Assembly (NCBI RefSeq): GCF_009914755.1
Contig: NC_060947.1
Reading direction: 5' to 3' (one strand)
DNA length: 64,000 bases
Source: the human T2T-CHM13v2.0 reference genome, Homo sapiens
Each line of letters starts with the position of its first letter. Position 1 is the first letter of the stretch. The notes beneath the pieces are model-generated. The model was not told the origin of the DNA, made no database searches, and saw nothing but the letters and a program-made list of their open reading frames with translations. Shown one piece after another: positions 57,461 through 64,000 of this stretch. The translations under genes and the position numbers were made by a program.

Positions 57461-58873
57461 GGTGCATGAGAGGGTGGATTTAAACACAAAATCAGTTACC
57501 AAGCAAAGAGGTGAAGACAATATGACGGTAAAGAAATCATCTGTATGGCAAACAACCAATGGCATCTGTCACAGCTGTCAATGGTTTCTATTCAGCAGAT
57601 GGAAGATAAAGTCTAGGGATTAGATACCAAGGAAATTTATTCACTCAGATTTTTTATTCCCTTATTTAATGCATGATTTTTTCCATTTAGATATTTTTTA
57701 AATGTAAAACAGTTAGTAAAATGAGGGCGCAGTGAAAAGCGTGCATATCATGTAGAGCAATAAACTGGGACTCAGCAGACTGAGATTTTATTATTTTACT
57801 TTGGTAGTTAATTTCTATTCGAAATATGATGTGTCTTTTTCCAAAAAAACTGTAAAAAAGGTAAAATACAACAAACTACCTATATCCTACTTTGCAGAAC
57901 ATAATATAGAATTTAAATAGGTAGAACGTCTGTAAGCTTTAAACTGCTTGGAGGAAGATACTATGTGAATAAAGTATCTCTGAATTTTTTAAAAGGAGAA
58001 ATATTAGATAATTCTTGAAAAATTATCTTGGAGGACGTATGCTAGAAATTTTCTTAAGAACATACTAATAGTATTGGATATAATATGCATAAAATTCCTG
58101 TTTGTTAAAAAATTATGTTGGGAATAATTAACATAAAATAATACGTATTCCATATGCTGAATTTGCATGTAATATTTAATGAAAACTATTATAACATGCA
58201 AGTCATTTTTGCTTATTTTGTAAATAATGAATCAATGTTTTAAACTATTCATCTTTTTCAGAAAATCACTTAAAAATAAATTCGATGTCAAATTAAAGCA
58301 TAATCATGAGAATAATATTTATTTTACTTTGACTACTTTCATATATTTCCTTCTTCAAAATAAAAAGAAAATTAAAATTGTTTTTGTGAAAATAATGTGT
58401 TCATTAAGAACTTAAACACTTCAAAAAAAAGTTTACAAAAAAGGAAAAGAATCATCAATCCAAATTCTATTCACCAGAAATAACAATTCAAGAGCAGTCA
58501 AAATTTAGACCATAATTTGATATCTGTCTTTTACAAATATTTGCTAACAGATACAGTATTAATTTAACATCCCTCAAAGCCATCCCCAATCTCATTAGGT
58601 TATTCAGAATATAGCAAAAAAATCTATAAGATTTTAGAAGGATAGATCATTTCATTAATTGCAATATAAATATAGGCTCACTTTTATTTAATTAAGCCAG
58701 TTTAATTTTTTATTACCAAACTAGAAAATATTGATTAGCTGAGAAATCTTTACATTGCTTAAAGTAGAGGAGTCCAACCTCTTTCTTAATTTGATTTCAA
58801 ATAAAAACTCCTCAGTATTATATTGCCATGCCTTTTTTTTTTCATCTATATTTATAAACCCTCTGTGGTACAG

Positions 58874-58930
58874 ATTCAAAAGAGGTTTGACTTGGCGATA
58901 GCTTCGGCTAAAGCCAAAGATTTTCAATAG
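58874..58930 (+). pseudogene. Predicted terminal coding exon E (phase 0), IQKRFDLAIASAKAKDFQ*
   Basis: Acceptor after a T-rich tract (...ccctctgtggtacAG); open to TAG 58928-58930 in the frame left by exon D; keeps two CpGs in CpG-poor DNA; AATAAA at 59485-59490 downstream. Confidence 0.4.
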
Positions 58931-58932
58931 GA

Positions 58933-59122
58933 CAATTGTTCTAATATATTAATGCTTTTAAAATAAGTAACCTATGGAATTGTGAAAAATGGAGATTCTC
59001 TAGGCACACCTTTGTGGTTTTAATATGGTACATCTGGGAAGGATCTTAGGAGTCTGAATATTTAATAAGCACTCCATGTAATTCTGATTCATGTGGCAGA
59101 TGGGCCAAACTTTAGAAACACT
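58933..59122. mobile_element. MER5-type hAT-Charlie MITE
   Basis: 'aggagtctgaatatttaataagcactccatgtaattctgat...actttagaaacact' resembles MER5A/B with degenerate TIRs. Confidence 0.6.
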
Positions 59123-60496
59123 ATCCTAAATTCATTGTCACTAGTTTCTCCTAAAAAAAAATAGTAAAGTCTTTGCTCTACTAATATTTTTTCTTTGTTT
59201 GTAAGGCACACAAGGTGTATTTAAGATCATGTAAAATTTTCTTATACTTAGAAAACCATAGTAATTTTATTACTGAATGTTTTAGAAGTCATGACAAAAA
59301 CAGAGAATGTTTCAATATGGTCATGTAATTTGTAATGTTCTAATTTGGTTGTGGCCATTATATGGGAAAATCAATTATTTTAAAATAAGAAATACCATTA
59401 TTCTTAAAAATCTATTGAGATTCATCATATAGAAATTTAGAGAAATTCTACTTTTAGTTCTAGAAATATTATGATTTTTTAAATAATAAATATATGTTTC
59501 CTGAGCTATCTCTTTTTTCTCATTACAAGTGTTGCAAGTATTCTATTACTTAAGGCATGCCATCTTACTGGTAAACTTCTACATTGATCTTCTATTCGTT
59601 GTTAAAAAAACATAAAATATTAGTCAATCATCACTTGCTCTATTCTTATCCATTTCTAGGACATGCATCCACCACGGCTGTTTCAGGCATTTCTATTTAA
59701 AGTGCTGTGAATGTCTCCTGAACTCTTACCATTGGTTCCTTTAGAATATATACTTCTTTGTGTTGAATGTGGCTGATGATGGTTATAAAATGACTGCCTT
59801 CTCTCATGTCTGTCTTTGTTTTTTTTTTTTTTAGCCTTTTCTGTCTTTAGAAATGTGAATCTATTAATTACTTCCCCATTACTCTGAAGGATGCTAGTAT
59901 CAGAATTGGTACTCATTTCTAATTGTCTGATTCTCCTAAGGCCAACTCAATTCACATGTTAACCACTTTATATTTCTTTATTGTGCTTAGTGAAAGAAAG
60001 CTTATCAAAACTAAAACAAAAGAAAGAATCGTATACTTATTAGTATAAGGTTTCATCTATTTTCTTTATTCAAAAGAAAAAATTAAAAACCTAAACAATT
60101 TCTCCATGATTCTCTCTAACATTTTCTCTAAAAATTATAACATTACTCTTCACAAAATTCCACCATACACTTGTTTACAAAGATTACCAAACATTTTCCC
60201 TGCTTAGCTAATAACTCCAGAAGATTTATCTTTTTCACTATGCTTTTTTTTGTTTGATCATAGAAGAGTTTATGACTGTCCTTCATAATGAGAACATAAC
60301 ATATCTGAGTGTCAAATGCACTTAATTTTATCTTGTATGTAATATAAACAATTCACTATCTGTAGCACTTTAGGTGAACCCTGGATTAGTTGAAATAGCA
60401 GCACATATACTACAACTATTATTTACCCATTTATTTTGCCAACTATAAGGCAAGAGTTTTTAGGAAAGATTGTTACAGAATATAGAAGACAGAATA

Positions 60497-60532
60497 TGTG
60501 TGTGTGTGTGTGTATTCTCTTATATATATATA
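60497..60532. repeat. Compound (TG)n/(TA)n microsatellite
   Basis: tgtgtgtgtgtgtgtg...tatatatatata. Confidence 0.85.
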
Positions 60533-62262
60533 CCCATATTTTCTTATTATTAAGCTTATACATATCAAGACAAATTCCCTTAGTCCCTGGAATTCCTAAT
60601 ATGGGATATACCCAGTAAGAAGAGTGAGAAGGCAAGGCAGCATGGATTAAGTAGGACACCAATATTCACAAAGTGAGGAAAAGAGAATGTGCCAATGAAA
60701 AAAAATGGAAAAGAAATATTCAAAGAAGTAAAAATCTAAGATAATGACATAGAAGCTAAAAGAGAAAATAGTTTCAAAAAGATGAAGTGGTATATTAGTC
60801 TGTTCTCATGCTGCGATAAAGAACTGCTTGAGACTGGGTAATTTATAAGGAAAGAGGTTTAATTGACTCACAGTTCTGCACAGCTGGGGAAGCCTCAGGA
60901 AACCTACAATCATGGCAGAAGGGGGAGCAAAAACAGCCTTCTTCAAATGACGGTGGGAAGGAGAAGTGTTAAGCAAAGGTGGAAAAATCCCATATAAAAC
61001 CATCAGATTTTGTAAGAACTCACTATCATGAGAACAGCAGCATGGGGGTAACCACCACCATGATTCAATTACCTCTCACCAAGTTTCTCCCATAACACGT
61101 GGGGATTATGGAAACTACAATTCAAGATGATATTTGGGTGGAGACGCAGACAAACTATATTATTTCATCCCTGGCCCCTCCCAATCTCGTGTTCTTGCAA
61201 TTTAAAACACAAACATGCTTTTCCAACAGTCCTCCAAAGTCTTAACTCATTCCAGCATTAACCCAAACGTCCAAGTCCAGAGTTTCATCTGAGACAAGGC
61301 AAGTCCCTTCCACCTATGAGCCTGCAAAATCAAAAGCAAGTTAGTTACTTCCTAGATACAATTCAGGTACAGCATTGGTCAAATACACCTTCTCCAAGTG
61401 GGAGAAATTGGCCAAAACAAAGGGGTCACAGGCTCCATGCATATTTGAAATTCATTAGGGTAGTCATTAAACCCTAAAGCTACAAAATGATATTTTTTTA
61501 CTTCATGTCTCACATCCAGTTCATGCTGATGCAAGAGGTGGGCTCCCACTGCCTTGGGCAGCTTCACCGCTGTGGCTTTTCAGGATACAGCCCCCTTCCT
61601 AGCTGCTTTCATGGTCTGGTGTTGAGTGTCTGCAGCTTTTTCAGGTGCACAGTGCAAGCTGTCAGTGGGTCTACCATTCTGGGGTCTGGAGGATGGTGGA
61701 CCCCTTCTCACAGCTCCACTAGGCAGTGCCCCAGTGGGGACTCTGTGTGGGGGCTCCAACCCTACATTTTTCTTCCTCACTGTCCTAGAAGAGATTCACC
61801 ATGAGGGCTCTGCCCCTGAAGCAAACTTCTGCCTGGACAGTCAGGCATTTTCATACATCCTCTGAAATCTAGGCAGAGGTTGCCAAACCTCAATTCTTGT
61901 CTTCTGCACACCTGCAGGATCAACACCACGTGGAAGCTGCCAAGGCTTGGGGCTGAAGCAATGGCCCGAGCTATACCTTGGCCCCCTTTAGCCATGGCTG
62001 GAGCTGAAGCATCTGGGATGCACAGCATCATGTCCCTAGGCTACGCAAAGCAGGAGGGTCCTGGGCTAGGTCCAGGAAAGCATTTTTACCTTCTAGACCT
62101 TCAGGCTTGTGATGGGAGGGGCTGCCATGAAGGTCTCTGAAATGCTCTGGAAACATTTTTTCCATTGTCTTGCTAGTTAACATTTGACTCTCTGTTATTA
62201 ATGCAATTTTCTTCAGTGGGATTGAATTTATCCCCAGAAAATGTTTTTCTTTTCTGTCATAT

Positions 62263-63265
62263 TGAGAGGTGACAATGTGCTAGCAGCCCTCACTCTCGGC
62301 ACCTCCTCAGCCTCGGCGTCCACTCTGGCCACACTCAAGGAGCCCTTCAGCCTGCTGCTGCACTGTGGGGGCCTTTGGGGCTGGCTGAGGCTGGAGCCAG
62401 CTCCCTCTGCTTGCCGTGAGGTGGGGAGGGAGAGGCGTGGGCAGGAGCGGGGCTGCGTGCGGCGCTCACAGGCCAGTGTGGGTTCCAGGTGGGCACGGGC
62501 TCAGTGGGCCCTGCACTCAGCACGGCCGGCCGGCGACTGCTGGGCTTGACTGGAGGATGAGCTCCCTCTGGGCTGCCAGAGTGCCTGGGCTAGGTGCCGC
62601 AAAGACCCATGGTGAGTGCCATTGAAAGGTGAAGCCAAGGTTTATAAATGCACCAATCAGTGCTCTGTGTCTAGCTAATCTAGTGGGGACTTGGAGAACT
62701 TTTCTGTCTAGCTAAAGGATTGTAAACGCACCAATCAGCACTCTGTGTCTAGCTAAAGGTTTGTAAATGCATCAGTCAGTGCTCTGTGTCTAGCTAATCT
62801 GGTGGGGACTTGGAGAACTTTTGAGTCTAGCTAAAGGATTGTAAGTGCACCAATCAGCTCTCTGTAAAACGGACCAATCAGCTCCCTGTAAAATGGACTG
62901 ATCAGCTCTCTGTAATATGGACCAATCAGCAGGATGTGGGTGGGCCAGATAAGGGAATAAAAGCAGACCACCCGAGCCAGCAGCGGCAACCTGCTCAGGT
63001 CCCCTTCCACACTGTGGAAGCTTTGTTCTTTTGCTCTTCGCAATAAATCTTGCTGCTGCTAACTCTTTTGGTCTGTGCCACCTTTATGAACTGTAACGCT
63101 CACCGCAAAAGTCTGCAGCTTCACTCCTGAGGCCAGCGAGACCACAAACCCACCGGAAGGAATGAGCAACTCCAGATGCACTTAAGAACTGTAACACTCA
63201 CTGCGGGGGTCTGCAGCTTCATTCTTGAAGTCAGCAAGACCAAGAACCCACCAATTCCACACACA
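62263..63265 (+). mobile_element. Solo ERV9 LTR12 (LTR12C/D/E-type start, internally shortened)
   Basis: Starts TGAGAGGTGAC and ends AAGAACCCACCAATTCCACACACA; perfect 4-bp TSD ATAT (62259-62262 / 63266-63269); the THE1-int host resumes collinearly. Confidence 0.93.
62640..62965 (+). promoter_or_regulatory. LTR12 U3 tandem CCAAT (NF-Y) enhancer/promoter array
   Basis: Repeated 'gcaccaatcagc(a/t)ctctgtgtctagctaa' and 'ggaccaatcagc' units, then GATAAG and the AATAAAAG TATA-like box; NF-Y/GATA dependence of ERV9 LTRs is established. Confidence 0.7.
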
Positions 63266-64000
63266 ATATCATCAGGCTACAATTTTTCAAATTTTTATGC
63301 TGTGCTTCCTATTGAATGCTTTGCCACTTAGAAATTTCTTTCAACAGTTACCCTAAATGATCTCTCTCAAGTTCAAAGTTCCATAGATCCCTAGGGCAGG
63401 GGCAAAACGCCACCAGTCTTTTTGCTAAAGAATAGCAAGAATCACCTTTATTTCAGTTCCCAAGAAGTTCCTCATCTCCATCTGAGATCATCTCAGCCTG
63501 GACTTCATTGTCCATATCACTATCAGCATTTAGTGAAAGCCATTCAACAAGTCTCCAGGAAGTTCCAAACTTTCCCACATTTTTCTCTCTTCTGAGCTGT
63601 CAAAGTTATTACAACCTCTGTCTGTTACCCAGCTTCAGAGTTGCTTCCACATTTTCAGTTATCCTTACAGCAGAGCCCCACTACCTCCTAGTACCAATTT
63701 ACTGTGTTCATTTATTCTTATGCTGCTATAAAGAAATGCCCATGACTGGGTAATTTATAAAGGAAAGAGGTTTAATTGACTCACAGTTCAGCATGGCTTG
63801 GGCGGCCTCAGGAAACTTACGATCATAGTGGAAGGGGAAGCAAACACATCCTTCTTCACATGATTGCAGGAAGGAGAAGCGCCAAAGACCCTTATAAAAC
63901 CATTAGATCTCATGAGAACTCACTCACTGTCACAGCAGCATGGGGGTAACTGCCCCCATAATTCAATTACCTTCCACCAGGTCCCTCCCACAACATGTGA

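Larger units (their letters stand above)
60791..64000 (-). mobile_element. THE1C/D MaLR element: 3' LTR 60791-61162, internal region 61163-63702 (split by LTR12), 5' LTR 63703 to window end
   Basis: Two similar LTRs ('actgggtaatttataa..ggaaagaggtttaattgactcacagttc') flank THE1-int sequence that is the reverse complement of the 31175-31842 type; internal boundary 'gtaccaatttac|tg'. Confidence 0.92.

Noticed and set aside
58721-58927. Minus-strand 68-aa ORF as a gene (likewise 56840-57028 and 19237-19434)
   Set aside because: Short ORFs with no coherent minus-strand splice chain; the first two start at TTG and are antisense shadows of the predicted + strand exons, and the third lies just upstream of exon A.
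62640-62930. Regularly spaced repeats resembling a CRISPR-like array (also 2957-3068 and 10275-10618)
   Set aside because: These are the known LTR12 U3 units, LTR7B U3 units and SVA VNTR; there are no unique spacers or cas genes, and the DNA is primate.

Overview
AT-rich, repeat-dense hominid (human/great-ape type) genomic DNA with no intact known protein-coding gene; most listed ORFs are fragments of decayed L1, Tigger1, THE1, Alu or SVA elements. Repeat subfamily names come from recalled consensus sequences and need RepeatMasker/Dfam confirmation. The window holds two solo HERV-H LTRs (LTR7C, LTR7B) inside an L2, a near-complete Tigger1 carrying four nested insertions (Alu, Alu, SVA, L1PB1), several L1s including a full-length L1PA10-like copy, THE1/MST elements, and a solo LTR12 inside a THE1. 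The main unexplained signal lies in the unique sequence between repeats: five + strand exon-like segments (19498-19641, 27209-27431, 41215-41342, 56872-57036, 58874-58930) with AG/GT boundaries and matching phases. Spliced, they give 239 codons, including a 180-codon stop-free run and four internal stops each one C>T from a sense codon. This suggests the 3' part of a decayed multi-exon gene, or a spliced lncRNA with a residual 142-aa ORF. Other notable points: an ADAR-like A>G cluster fixed in the SVA, a short SVA 3' transduction, a 176-bp local templated copy inside an L1 3' UTR, a fold-back micro-inversion in an L1, and a splice donor placed at the LTR7B end by its target-site duplication.
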